Origin: Candidatus Cloacimonadales bacterium
GTDB lineage: Bacteria > Cloacimonadota > Cloacimonadia > Cloacimonadales > JAIOQZ01
Length of the DNA: 64,000 nucleotides
Assembly (NCBI GenBank): GCA_963662655.2
Contig: CAXXTU010000002.1
Span: 1,664,001-1,728,000 of the forward strand
Reading direction: 5' to 3'
In this document: piece by piece, positions 1-8,796 of the stretch
Layout of the letters: the number at the start of each line of letters is the position of its first letter
How positions within the stretch are numbered: position 1 is the first letter of the stretch
Translations under genes and position numbers: made by a program
Notes under the pieces: model-generated
What the model was told of the DNA's origin: nothing
The model's database searches: none
What the model saw: the letters and a program-made list of their open reading frames with translations, nothing else

Positions 1-1185
1 GTAGATTCTCCGGATGATCACCTCGTTACGTTGCTGCTGCTCCTCTTCCGATTCGTAAACGATTTGCAGACGCTTCTCGTCTGCGTTGCGGGTCTTCTTC
101 GGGATAAAAACCCAGATACTCGCTTTGTTGACAGGCATTGACCGCGGCAAGGCGATCATATCGACGATGTTATCGAGCGTCAGGTTCCGTCGCAAACAGG
201 ATGAAACCTCTTCCGATCCGTTGGTCGTGACTTCCCGCAGGAGAATTCCGTAGATTTGACTCGCCTGCAAACCGTTCTCAGCGTCAAATCTTGTCGCGAG
301 AGGCGCATTCTTCGCTTTGATATCGATGAAGAAAACGCCGCCTGCCTGCAAGACCTTCTCTCTCGCAGCAAGCGACAACTCGGGCAATGCATTCTGATCA
401 ATCGTGAAGACACCGGCGCATGCTATTCCTTCCTGCGCATCCGGTTCCATCTGCCCGATGTCGTTAAATATAGCTTCGATATTCCCGTGAAAATCCGGCG
501 AGGTCTCGACGAAAAACGCGGGGGAGCCGCTTGCCTCGATCGCGCCATCGACCCACACATCCGTGTGTTCGGGATCGTTGGTCAGGATGTAATCGGCCGG
601 GAGGCCTACCTGCTTCACACTGAACAACCCCGGGGCGGCGAGGAAAAAGCCGAGATTCAGATTCGCCTGTTGCTGGCTGTTCGCCAGCGAGCCAAGGCCC
701 ATCGCGAACTTCAGCTCATTGAGCGTTATCTTCTCCGGCTGCCCCATGCTCTCTTCGTTCCACACGTCAAACCAGGATTCAGAGCTTGCGTCACGCACAA
801 GGCGGTAGCTTCTGCCTTCCTTGTCGAAAAGTTCTTCTTTGCCGCACGTTCGGCAAAGCGCGTCCATTGCTTCGTCCAGTGTCACGTAAACCGGAAACTG
901 GCTGGCGAATCCCGAGATTTCAAGAATCTTCATACAGGAGGCATCGACACCACACAAGGTTATTCCGCCTCCATTTTCCTTCATCGCACGTTCCGAAGTG
1001 AGAAGCGAGCGCAGTCCAGCGCTCGAAAGGAATTTCACCTGTGAGAAATCGAGTAACAGTGCGTTGTTCACAGACGCGAGCGGCAATATCTCTTCATCGA
1101 AAATCCCTGCGCCCAGGCTGTCGAAACGCCCCATCAAGCTTGCGACCAGTGTATCGCCAATTCGGTTGATAGCAATATTCAGCAT
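1..1185 (-). CDS. STAS (anti-sigma antagonist) domain fused to a long C-terminal region; partial, runs off the left edge
   Basis: Not in the ORF track because it has no stop in the window. Manual translation from ATG 1185 (SD AAAGGTGG upstream): MLNIAINRIGDTLVASLMGRFDSLGAGIFDEEIL...LLLDFSQVKFLSSAGLRSLL, a typical STAS motif. The segments I translated stay in frame to position 1 (...NEVIIRRIY). Confidence 0.85.
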   Translation of the reverse strand, partial: MLNIAINRIGDTLVASLMGRFDSLGAGIFDEEILPLASVNNALLLDFSQVKFLSSAGLRSLLTSERAMKENGGGITLCGVDASCMKILEISGFASQFPVYVTLDEAMDALCRTCGKEELFDKEGRSYRLVRDASSESWFDVWNEESMGQPEKITLNELKFAMGLGSLANSQQQANLNLGFFLAAPGLFSVKQVGLPADYILTNDPEHTDVWVDGAIEASGSPAFFVETSPDFHGNIEAIFNDIGQMEPDAQEGIACAGVFTIDQNALPELSLAAREKVLQAGGVFFIDIKAKNAPLATRFDAENGLQASQIYGILLREVTTNGSEEVSSCLRRNLTLDNIVDMIALPRSMPVNKASIWVFIPKKTRNADEKRLQIVYESEEEQQQRNEVIIRRIY

Positions 1186-1482
1186 GAGAAACCACCTTTA
1201 TCAATATTAGACTTTTCGGAATGCGGCACGCAAGTCCTACGTGAAATCAGAACAGATTCTGTATAAACATTATAATGCAAAATCAATGATATGAAAGCAC
1301 AAATGCACATATTGTCAAGCGTAGAACTCATGAGAAGATAACGATTTCCCGAATCGTTCAACAAATGAGTGTTCGAGCGGACAAAAAACGATCCAGTAGC
1401 TTCATTTTGTTGACAAAGTTAGAGAGCTTTTAAAGAGTGAGCGCATCGAACGTCTAATGTCGATGCTATGTAGGATGAAACT

Positions 1483-1869
1483 ATGAATACGCAAGTCAAG
1501 CTGTTTATGCTGATTGTTTTAGGGCTGATAAGCCTTTGGGACGCGTTTACATCGCTTTGGGTATGTCACATGATGGTGGAAGGGAATCCCGGGTACGCCC
1601 TGGGAGCAATTGTCGCCATCGTCTCGATGTTCATTCTCATGAGAACAAGCTCCATCGTTTTCGTCGGCATGGAGGATGTCCAGGGCTGTATGATGCTGCT
1701 CCTTTGGGCTGGAGCATTCCTGTTCGATATGTACTCGGCGTTTGTGGTCAACGAGATATACCTCATCAAACCACACGGCGAGACACATCTCTTCGTGGCA
1801 TTGGTTGCCGTAACCATTATCACCTCAATCGCTCCGGCAACCTTCTCCTTCATCAAAAAAGCGATCTGA
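1483..1869 (+). CDS. Hypothetical membrane protein (~4 TM helices)
   Basis: 128 aa ORF with four hydrophobic stretches; AGGA upstream; TTGACA at ~1410. Confidence 0.7.
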   Translation: MNTQVKLFMLIVLGLISLWDAFTSLWVCHMMVEGNPGYALGAIVAIVSMFILMRTSSIVFVGMEDVQGCMMLLLWAGAFLFDMYSAFVVNEIYLIKPHGETHLFVALVAVTIITSIAPATFSFIKKAI

Positions 1870-1875
1870 TATCGC

Positions 1876-2913
1876 TCACGATTTTATCATCCGCTTAACG
1901 GCGTCCAGTTCCAGGATTTCGTCAAAGCGTTCGATTTTAGCATCGGCCTTTTCGAGCTCTCCATCGAGCCCGAAGCCATAGCTACATCCGACGGTATAAC
2001 AATCGCATTCATTTCCCGAGTCCACATCGATGTAGCGGTCGCCCACCATAATCTTCGCGCGGGGTGCGAAGCGATCTTGCATCTCGCGGATCATATCCGA
2101 TTTCGTTTTCCCCGCTCGCTCGCCCAGGCATAGGATCGCCTTGAAAAATCTTCCCAATTGGAAGCGCTTCACAACGGAGTAGAAATACTCCGCCGGGCTG
2201 TTACTTACCAGCGCGAGCGTTATCCCGTGGTTCATCAAACGAAACAGCGTCGTCTCCACCTCGGGGAACAGCTCTCCGGCTCCCTGAGAAAGCAAACCCC
2301 GTATGTTCTTCCGCACGAGATTTCGCAGATCGTTTTCCCTGTTCTTCGATCCTTCCGGAAGAAAATGGTTGTAGACCGATCCCATCCCAAGCCCAAGGCG
2401 AGGAATGAGCTCTTCGTAGGCCGGGACGTCCCGCTCGATGTTTTCCTCTCTGTAAATCTGTTCGAATCCCATTCGCATCGCGTCGTAGGTGAAGCCGTCC
2501 GAGCGCACCACCGTTCCGTCCATGTCGAACAGCATCAAGAGCGGAACATTTTTACGGCAAGCTGATTGCACGAGGTATTTCTCCGCTGCAAGGATATCGG
2601 ACCGGGCATCGGGGATATGGACTCTGCGGATGATCTGCCTGCGAATGTATTCCTCGATCCTGTCCTGCGGAATGCAGTCCATGATCTCGGAGCCGTCGTC
2701 TTCCAAACCGACGACGGCAATTGCTGTCTGAGGAAAACGCAGCTTGGTCATCACGAAGTAGATGCGGTTCTCGAAATACCTGCCAGGATGAAGCAGGATA
2801 ATGCTTCGATCCGTCAGGTAATCTTCTATGGTCTTGCGCGATTCGCATACAACCACGCTCCACGGGGGCTCCAGTGGAGAGTACTCGACATCCCAGGTAA
2901 GTATCTGTGCCAT
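1876..2913 (-). CDS. HAD-superfamily phosphatase with ~120 aa N-terminal extension
   Basis: Motif I LFDMDGT, motif II VSNS, motif IV MVGDRYIDV, C-terminal YGFG. Confidence 0.85.
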   Translation of the reverse strand: MAQILTWDVEYSPLEPPWSVVVCESRKTIEDYLTDRSIILLHPGRYFENRIYFVMTKLRFPQTAIAVVGLEDDGSEIMDCIPQDRIEEYIRRQIIRRVHIPDARSDILAAEKYLVQSACRKNVPLLMLFDMDGTVVRSDGFTYDAMRMGFEQIYREENIERDVPAYEELIPRLGLGMGSVYNHFLPEGSKNRENDLRNLVRKNIRGLLSQGAGELFPEVETTLFRLMNHGITLALVSNSPAEYFYSVVKRFQLGRFFKAILCLGERAGKTKSDMIREMQDRFAPRAKIMVGDRYIDVDSGNECDCYTVGCSYGFGLDGELEKADAKIERFDEILELDAVKRMIKS

Positions 2914-2914
2914 A

Positions 2915-4576
2915 TCAGTACTTGAACACGCTGCCGAAAGTGAATTCTCTAAGGATCGAATTGGTGGGAACCTGGTTATCGGGAATATCCGCGAAGTGCT
3001 CCAGTATCCGCACCAGCCTTCTCGATTCGAGATAAACCGGAGAGTATTTTCCGACTCTCTTGAGCTGCGGTATGGCGTGTTTCTTGAGCACGCCCAGCTC
3101 GTACGTCAGAGAGCTGTTGAACATGACATCGGCGTTCTCCTGGAACGGGAAGATGTTCTGTTCTTCTCCCTCGCGGATCGAGAGCCAGCGCTTCAGCGTG
3201 TCTTCCGCGGAGTATCCACGGTACTTGCTGTCCCGCGTGATGCGCCGGATCTTGCGGCAGTCCGTTGTCGGGATTCGGTTGTGCTTGTCGATGTTCAACT
3301 GGTTCAGCGCGCTGATGTAGATTTTGAACTTGTTCTTCGCGTCGATGTGCGGAGTCAGTTCGTCGTTCAATCCGTGGATGCCTTCCAGCAGGAGAAGATC
3401 GTTCTTCCCGAGGGTTATTTTATGGTGGCTTCCGACGCGCTCACCCGTCTGGAAATCGTACTTGGGCAGCTCGACCTCTTCCCCGTCGAGAAGCTGCTTG
3501 AGATGCTGGTTCAGGAGTTCCACATCGATCGCCCGTACCGTCTCAAAATCGTACTCGCCATTCTCCTTGCGCGGGGTTTCGCTACGCGGAAGGAAGTAGT
3601 CGTCCATGCCAACCACGATGGGATTCAGCCCCACGACCCTCAACTGAACGGAAAGCCGCTTGGCAAAGGTTGTTTTCCCCGACGAGGAAGGCCCGGCGAT
3701 GAGGATGATCCGCGCGTCCGGTTTCTCACGGATCATATCCGCGATACGAACAATCTTCCGCTCGTGGAGCGCTTCTTCGACCTGGATCACATCCGTTATC
3801 TCGTATTTCCGTACATACCTGTTCAGGTCGTAAACGTTGTGCATGCGCAGTATGTTCAGCCATTTGTCGTGCTCCTGGTGAGCCGAGTAAAGCTGCCGCG
3901 GTATTTTGATCTGCGGCTTGATTTCCAGCTTGCCGCGATCCGGCAGGCGAAGGATCATCCCTGGGGAGTAGTAATCGATATCGAATACTCCAATCAAGCC
4001 GGTGCGATCGGCCAACTGGCGTATATAATAGTCGTGGTAACTTCCGCAGCGGAAAATGGAAATCGAGCTGTGCGGCCATGTTTTCAGGTTCTCCACGATG
4101 TCCTTGCGTCCCATCTTCGTGAAGATTTCGAGCGCTTTGGCAAGCTCGAACTTAGTCTTCTCGATCGTCAGATCGCGGTTGACGATGCGCTGCATCTCTT
4201 TCTTGAGCTTTTGCGCATCCTCTTCGCTGCATTCATGATCCCCGAAAACCTCGCAGTAGATGCCGTCCGATATCGAGTGCTCGACCACGAGCTCCGCCTT
4301 CTCACTGTAGAGGTTATGAAAAGCCTTCATCAGGATGAAGATGGCTGTGTCCTGGTAAAGCCGCATTCCGTCGAGCGAATCGTAGGTAATGCAATCCAAT
4401 TCCGTTGTCTTGTCGATCACGAAATCCTGGTTGACGTGCGTATTGTCCACCCTGTAAGCGAGGACATAACGTTCTTCGAGATCGCAGGACGCGATGATGT
4501 CGCGCACCTGAACGGGACCCTCGAACTCGACATTCTTGCAAAATTCACCATTTACTTTCAATCTTATTCTCAGCAA
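2915..4576 (-). CDS. Long-form nucleoside (uridine)/PRK-family kinase with N-terminal TGS/ThrRS-like domains
   Basis: P-loop AGPSSSGKTT, MDDYF, LEGIHGLN, PTTDxRxxRRI; ThrRS N-terminal-like region. Confidence 0.9.
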   Translation of the reverse strand: MLRIRLKVNGEFCKNVEFEGPVQVRDIIASCDLEERYVLAYRVDNTHVNQDFVIDKTTELDCITYDSLDGMRLYQDTAIFILMKAFHNLYSEKAELVVEHSISDGIYCEVFGDHECSEEDAQKLKKEMQRIVNRDLTIEKTKFELAKALEIFTKMGRKDIVENLKTWPHSSISIFRCGSYHDYYIRQLADRTGLIGVFDIDYYSPGMILRLPDRGKLEIKPQIKIPRQLYSAHQEHDKWLNILRMHNVYDLNRYVRKYEITDVIQVEEALHERKIVRIADMIREKPDARIILIAGPSSSGKTTFAKRLSVQLRVVGLNPIVVGMDDYFLPRSETPRKENGEYDFETVRAIDVELLNQHLKQLLDGEEVELPKYDFQTGERVGSHHKITLGKNDLLLLEGIHGLNDELTPHIDAKNKFKIYISALNQLNIDKHNRIPTTDCRKIRRITRDSKYRGYSAEDTLKRWLSIREGEEQNIFPFQENADVMFNSSLTYELGVLKKHAIPQLKRVGKYSPVYLESRRLVRILEHFADIPDNQVPTNSILREFTFGSVFKY

Positions 4577-4631
4577 AATTCCTCCATTCTATTCAATGCC
4601 CGTCCGTGACGTATCAATAATCATTCCACGT

Positions 4632-5030
4632 TTAAAGGTGGTAGTTCTCTTTCAGATGCTCCTTGCAGCACTTCTTGTATGCCTCGAGTTCATCCTGAAC
4701 CAACTCCAGACCCAGAACGAGTACCGCGAAATCGTCGAGGAATCCGAGTCCCGGTACCGTGTCCGCAATTCCATCCCTCGGATCGAGAAGGTACAAGAGA
4801 GAGTATGTGAGACCCGCGACCTTCTCCCAGGTGATTTCCTTGAAGATGCCCTCATGGTAGTCGCGCACCATGGAAATCGCAATTTTTATGTCCGGTTTCA
4901 GTTCATGCAGCTCTTCCACTTCTCCAACTTCATCGATGATGCCTTCCATATTATCCAGCATCCTCGCCACATTTTCCTTGCTAACTCCTTGCGATTGCTC
5001 GAGTAACCAAGCTTGATCGATCTGCTCCAT
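4632..5030 (-). CDS. YkvA/DUF1232-family protein
   Basis: LYLLDPRDGIADTVPGLGFLDD signature; GGGAGG SD. Confidence 0.85.
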   Translation of the reverse strand: MEQIDQAWLLEQSQGVSKENVARMLDNMEGIIDEVGEVEELHELKPDIKIAISMVRDYHEGIFKEITWEKVAGLTYSLLYLLDPRDGIADTVPGLGFLDDFAVLVLGLELVQDELEAYKKCCKEHLKENYHL

Positions 5031-5183
5031 AATACCTCCCTTGATTTGTGCTTACATCATGAATATAAAAAAAAGCACGCGGCTGTCAATTAATTTTGCT
5101 GGTTTGGGCCGGTTTGTGCATTATAGAGCGCTTGGATAAACTGAGGTCAATAACACTGAAACGAATGTAGAATTGGAGCTGAA

Positions 5184-5825
5184 ATGACCAAGACTGGAAA
5201 TGAACGGAACCTGAAGGCTGGAATGGAATATCTTTTCGCCGGTTTACTTGCTGCAAAAGCTGAAGTTGATGCTCTCACTGACGCACCTGTGAACGTTGAT
5301 GTTGTTTGTTGTTCTGCCACCCACTGCAGCGGCAAAAAAACTGAGCGAAACCTCAGTTTATCCTTTGACATTAGAGATTTTGATGCTATATTGTATCCAG
5401 AGAGTTTGAATGCATCATTTGTTTACAGTGACGCAATCAAGCGCTTTAGCACCTTGATAAGCGTAGATAATAGAGTGAATGCAACCATCGGTTACGATGT
5501 GTACCCTTTATTTACACATCGTTCCGTGTTGACGATATCACCTGCTTCCATCATTGCTGAGAACGAGCCCGGAATATTCAACTCAAACTCATCCTGTATT
5601 AATGAAAATTCAATTGATTGGAAGCAAGTCATTTCCCGGAAGCAACACACCGGTTATACCCTTGATTCCGACCAGATTCTCATTCGGGTTGAAAACGGTA
5701 ATTCTTTTACAAACGTGGATCACGATAGCCGCACGCACTTCATGCTTAGGAAGGTTGAAATAGAAACGGTACGTGTGTCCGCTTCCGGGGATTTTTATCC
5801 CGATTGTTTGAGAAAGGTTGGATAG
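5184..5825 (+). CDS. Hypothetical ORFan (possibly frameshifted near its 3' end) within a structured AT-richer segment
   Basis: 213 codons, GGAG SD upstream of ATG, protein-like composition, no recognisable motif. Confidence 0.45.
   Translation: MTKTGNERNLKAGMEYLFAGLLAAKAEVDALTDAPVNVDVVCCSATHCSGKKTERNLSLSFDIRDFDAILYPESLNASFVYSDAIKRFSTLISVDNRVNATIGYDVYPLFTHRSVLTISPASIIAENEPGIFNSNSSCINENSIDWKQVISRKQHTGYTLDSDQILIRVENGNSFTNVDHDSRTHFMLRKVEIETVRVSASGDFYPDCLRKVG
5365..5392 (+). promoter_or_regulatory. Sigma70-type promoter inside the ORFan
   Basis: TTGACA (5365-5370), 16 nt spacer, extended -10 TGcTATATT (5384-5392). Confidence 0.5.
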
Positions 5826-6137
5826 CCATGATGAACTCGGCACGGAATCGAATGAGTCAATTGAAGTTGCAGAACGCTCGCTGCACCTTGCTCTGCATGG
5901 CCGTGCATCATTCTCCAGCGGAATTTTACCATGCAGTTGATGAAACATTAACTTGGAATTTTTCAAATCTGAAATACATTTTCACAAGCGCAGTGTCCCG
6001 GAGACATAATCTTAATTCTTTATATCAGAATGAACAACGACATCATGTTGTGAATGAGAATCTTTGCGAGAAAAATAACTCCTTACGTATGCCAAACGAA
6101 ACGCAATAAGATAACTGATTGATATAAAAGAACAAAA

Positions 6138-6166
6138 TTGACATGTCTCCGGGATTTTTCTATTGT
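6138..6166 (+). promoter_or_regulatory. Sigma70-type promoter for the lipoprotein gene (probably a leaderless transcript)
   Basis: TTGACA-17-TATTGT; ATG 7 nt downstream; no SD. Confidence 0.55.
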
Positions 6167-6173
6167 TGATCCC

Positions 6174-6863
6174 ATGAAGAAGCTCTATATACTCTTGATG
6201 ATCATCATTTTCGCGATGTTAATCGCAGGATGCTCCGAGGACAGCACGAATCCGTCTGGCCAGCAAAGTTTCCAGGATGAGATCATCCCGCTTGCGGTCG
6301 GCAATCAATGGATATACTTGTATACCGATGAAACGACCGGCTTGCAGGACACGCTTTGCAAAGGCGTTTCAGGATCCGAGATGTTTGAATGCGAAGACCA
6401 TGAACTGCGTGAAGTTTTCCACTGGAACTGGTACAATCTGGATGAAGGCCACTACGAAGACCACAAATCGCTTTGCTACAACACGGAAGAGGGATTTCAC
6501 AAGGCCGGCGGGATCAGTTCAAGCGACTCGCTGTTTGCGGACTATCTAACGGTTAAGTACCCTGTCTCCGAAGGTGACAGCTGGATTTACACGGATATCG
6601 AGTACGATCCCGAGAACAGTCAATGGGTTTACACGGACACCCTGGAAGCCTTCTGCACGGCTGTCGATACGATGATTACCACCCCGGCAGGTTTCTTCAC
6701 GTGCATCGAGGTTACCCTGTGCCGGCTGGGAACAGAACCGGGAGGGCTCTTTGTCCAGAGATTCTACTATTCCCCTAACATCGGGTACATCGGATTCATC
6801 TTGTACAACAACGGAGTCATTCGATCGAAGCGGCTGTTGATGGACTATTCGATCAATGAATAA
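6174..6863 (+). CDS. Lipoprotein (IIPLAVGNQWIY-type beta-rich domain)
   Basis: Signal MKKLYILLMIIIFAMLIAG-C lipobox; motifs PLAVGNQW, ITTPAGFF, YYSPNIG. Confidence 0.85.
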   Translation: MKKLYILLMIIIFAMLIAGCSEDSTNPSGQQSFQDEIIPLAVGNQWIYLYTDETTGLQDTLCKGVSGSEMFECEDHELREVFHWNWYNLDEGHYEDHKSLCYNTEEGFHKAGGISSSDSLFADYLTVKYPVSEGDSWIYTDIEYDPENSQWVYTDTLEAFCTAVDTMITTPAGFFTCIEVTLCRLGTEPGGLFVQRFYYSPNIGYIGFILYNNGVIRSKRLLMDYSINE

Positions 6864-7143
6864 TCCTCAAACTGTAAAGCATGGGATCGATTGTAAAAAA
6901 AGGTTACACTCACGATCCATGATATCTATAATAGATTTCATCCCTTGATTCCCCATACCTCGGACAATGTCATGAGCCTCTCGTCGCCAAAGAATTAATG
7001 CTTTCTTCATTATGTAAAAAAAAAATCTTGATTTGCAAATCGCGGTAAATATTTTGTGTTCGATGTGCTTGAATCAGCGTCCAGACGAACCCCGTTCCAA
7101 GTCCGCCTGAGTCAAGCTGATGTAAGACAGGAGATTGAGAAAT

Positions 7144-7539
7144 ATGGCTGCCAAGACATTAAGCGATGAGAGATTGCAATATTACAAGTCCCTTCTCGAG
7201 CAGGAGAAATCGGACACCCTCGAAGTGATACGGGATATCGAGAGTTTTCAGAGGCGCGGAGCCAAGGAGAACTCGGGGAATCTCTCTTCTTATTCTCTGC
7301 ATCAGGCTGATTTAGGCTCGGATACCGAAAGCTCGGAGAAGGAAGTCTACCTTCTCGAAGAGGAGCAAACGAAGCTGCGTAAAATCAACGTTGCCTTGAA
7401 GCGCATCTATGAAAAGACATACGGAATTTGCGAAATGTGCGGAGAAGAGATCGGCGACAAACGCCTGAAAATCGTTCCCTACGCCTATCTCTGTATCGAT
7501 TGTCGCTCGCAGGAAGAAAAATCACGAAAAAGACGTTGA
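7144..7539 (+). CDS. TraR/DksA C4-type zinc-finger protein
   Basis: Coiled coil with HQADLGSD tip; TYGICEMCGEEI...RL...P...LCIDC. Confidence 0.9.
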   Translation: MAAKTLSDERLQYYKSLLEQEKSDTLEVIRDIESFQRRGAKENSGNLSSYSLHQADLGSDTESSEKEVYLLEEEQTKLRKINVALKRIYEKTYGICEMCGEEIGDKRLKIVPYAYLCIDCRSQEEKSRKRR

Positions 7540-7660
7540 CGATTTGACAGAATAGAATTACTTTTATAGTGGAAGAGTTTTTTTACGATTTCGAATAGCA
7601 TACTTGCCCGGATTGAACCGAATATCTCACTGGAAATTTAATTTACAAGGAGCCTGGCGG

Positions 7661-7969
7661 ATGAAGCCATTGAAGAATTACCACAAGAGCAGGCCACTGT
7701 GTAGTGTGACCTTCCATCTTCCCTGGCAGGCTGCTAAAGATGCGAAGCGAGTGCATATTGTCGGTGAATTCAACAACTGGGAAGAGAATTCACTGCCCAT
7801 GAATCGCGACTCGAACGGCGACTGGAGCATCACGCTGGATTTGGAGACAGGGAAAGAGTATCAGTATCGTTTTCTGATCAATGATAAAACATGGGAAAAC
7901 GATTGGGATGCAGATGGATATGTTCCTTCCCCGATCGGAGGATGCTACAACTCCGTTGTCGTAATCTGA
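7661..7969 (+). CDS. Isoamylase early-set/CBM48-like glycogen-binding protein
   Basis: VHIVGEFNNW...YQYRFLIN..W..D..AD...NSVV; AAGGAG SD. Confidence 0.9.
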   Translation: MKPLKNYHKSRPLCSVTFHLPWQAAKDAKRVHIVGEFNNWEENSLPMNRDSNGDWSITLDLETGKEYQYRFLINDKTWENDWDADGYVPSPIGGCYNSVVVI

Positions 7970-7993
7970 TTTATTGCTTGCCGGATAGATTTT

Positions 7994-8020
7994 AAGCGGA
8001 CGTCAAAGTCCGCTTTCTTT
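7994..8020 (+). terminator. Intrinsic terminator between convergent genes
   Basis: AAGCGGAC-gtcaaa-GTCCGCTT followed by a T-rich tract. Confidence 0.7.
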
Positions 8021-8028
8021 ATTACCTT

Positions 8029-8784
8029 CTATACCTCGAACAAGACAACCGTGCTGTTATCTTTTCCGCCGGCTTCATTGGCCGATTGAATCAGCGTGGA
8101 CGCCGACATCTCGAGGTCGGACGAATGCTTCAGTATTGTCTTGATTTCTCTGTCGCTCAGGAGATCGGTAAGGCCATCGCTGCAAAGGAGATAGATCGCG
8201 TTCTTCCGCACGGATGTCGTCTGGCTGAATATCGAGATATCCGAATCGATCCCTATGGCGCTTGTAACAAGGTGATTCAGCGGGTGCGAGCGCATCTCGT
8301 CTTTCGTGATAACGCCCTCCTCGTACAGTTCCCATACCTCCGAGTGATCCTTGCTGAGCTGGAATATCTGATCGTCGCAGAATTCATAGACACGGCTGTC
8401 TCCAACGGATACGATGTGCAGGGTGTCCTTCAAGACAAGCGTGCAGATAAACGTGGTTCCCATGCCGTGATACTCGGGGAATTTATGCGCGAAATCGCGT
8501 ATACGGTGGTTGATGTTCTCCAGAGTAATCCGCATGATTTCCAGGGGCGTCTTCGGAAGCTTCGGCATCGAGTACCATTCCGTGGCGAACCACTGCGTGG
8601 AAAACTTGCTGGCCACTTCTCCGGCCCGGTATCCGCCCAGGCCGTCCGCAACGATGAACAGATGCCCGAGTTTTTCTACGTTGTGGGATGGAAGCCCCGT
8701 CAGAAATGTGTGATCGGGAAGAAACAGGAAATCCTCGTTGTGTCCCCTGTACAGCCCTTTATCCGTTAAACCGTAGTATTGCAC
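8029..8784 (-). CDS. PP2C-family Ser/Thr protein phosphatase (Stp1/PrpC-like)
   Basis: RxxNED, VADGLGG, GMGTT, VGDSRVY, LCSDGL, GGKDN motifs. Confidence 0.93.
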   Translation of the reverse strand: MQYYGLTDKGLYRGHNEDFLFLPDHTFLTGLPSHNVEKLGHLFIVADGLGGYRAGEVASKFSTQWFATEWYSMPKLPKTPLEIMRITLENINHRIRDFAHKFPEYHGMGTTFICTLVLKDTLHIVSVGDSRVYEFCDDQIFQLSKDHSEVWELYEEGVITKDEMRSHPLNHLVTSAIGIDSDISIFSQTTSVRKNAIYLLCSDGLTDLLSDREIKTILKHSSDLEMSASTLIQSANEAGGKDNSTVVLFEV

Positions 8785-8796
8785 CGATTCTCCTGC

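Larger units (their letters stand above)
5134..6160 (+). ncRNA. Candidate large multi-domain structured RNA or structured mRNA
   Basis: Long-range stems 5134-5147/5350-5363 (14 bp perfect), 5402-5409/5583-5590, 5494-5503/5513-5522, 5609-5619/5855-5865, 5633-5650/5773-5791, 5879-5890/5985-5995, 5996-6007/6143-6154; the G-U pairs noted all read on the + strand. Confidence 0.4.

Noticed and set aside
256..1044. 262 aa + strand ORF
   Set aside because: Antisense shadow of the minus-strand STAS gene, which has a clear motif and SD
2828..4609. 593 aa + strand ORF
   Set aside because: Antisense shadow of the nucleoside kinase gene; no motifs; expected from codon bias
5804..6109. 101 aa + ORF, and the 118 aa minus ORF at 5610-5966
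   Set aside because: No motifs or convincing SD; they overlap the structured region; left unannotated
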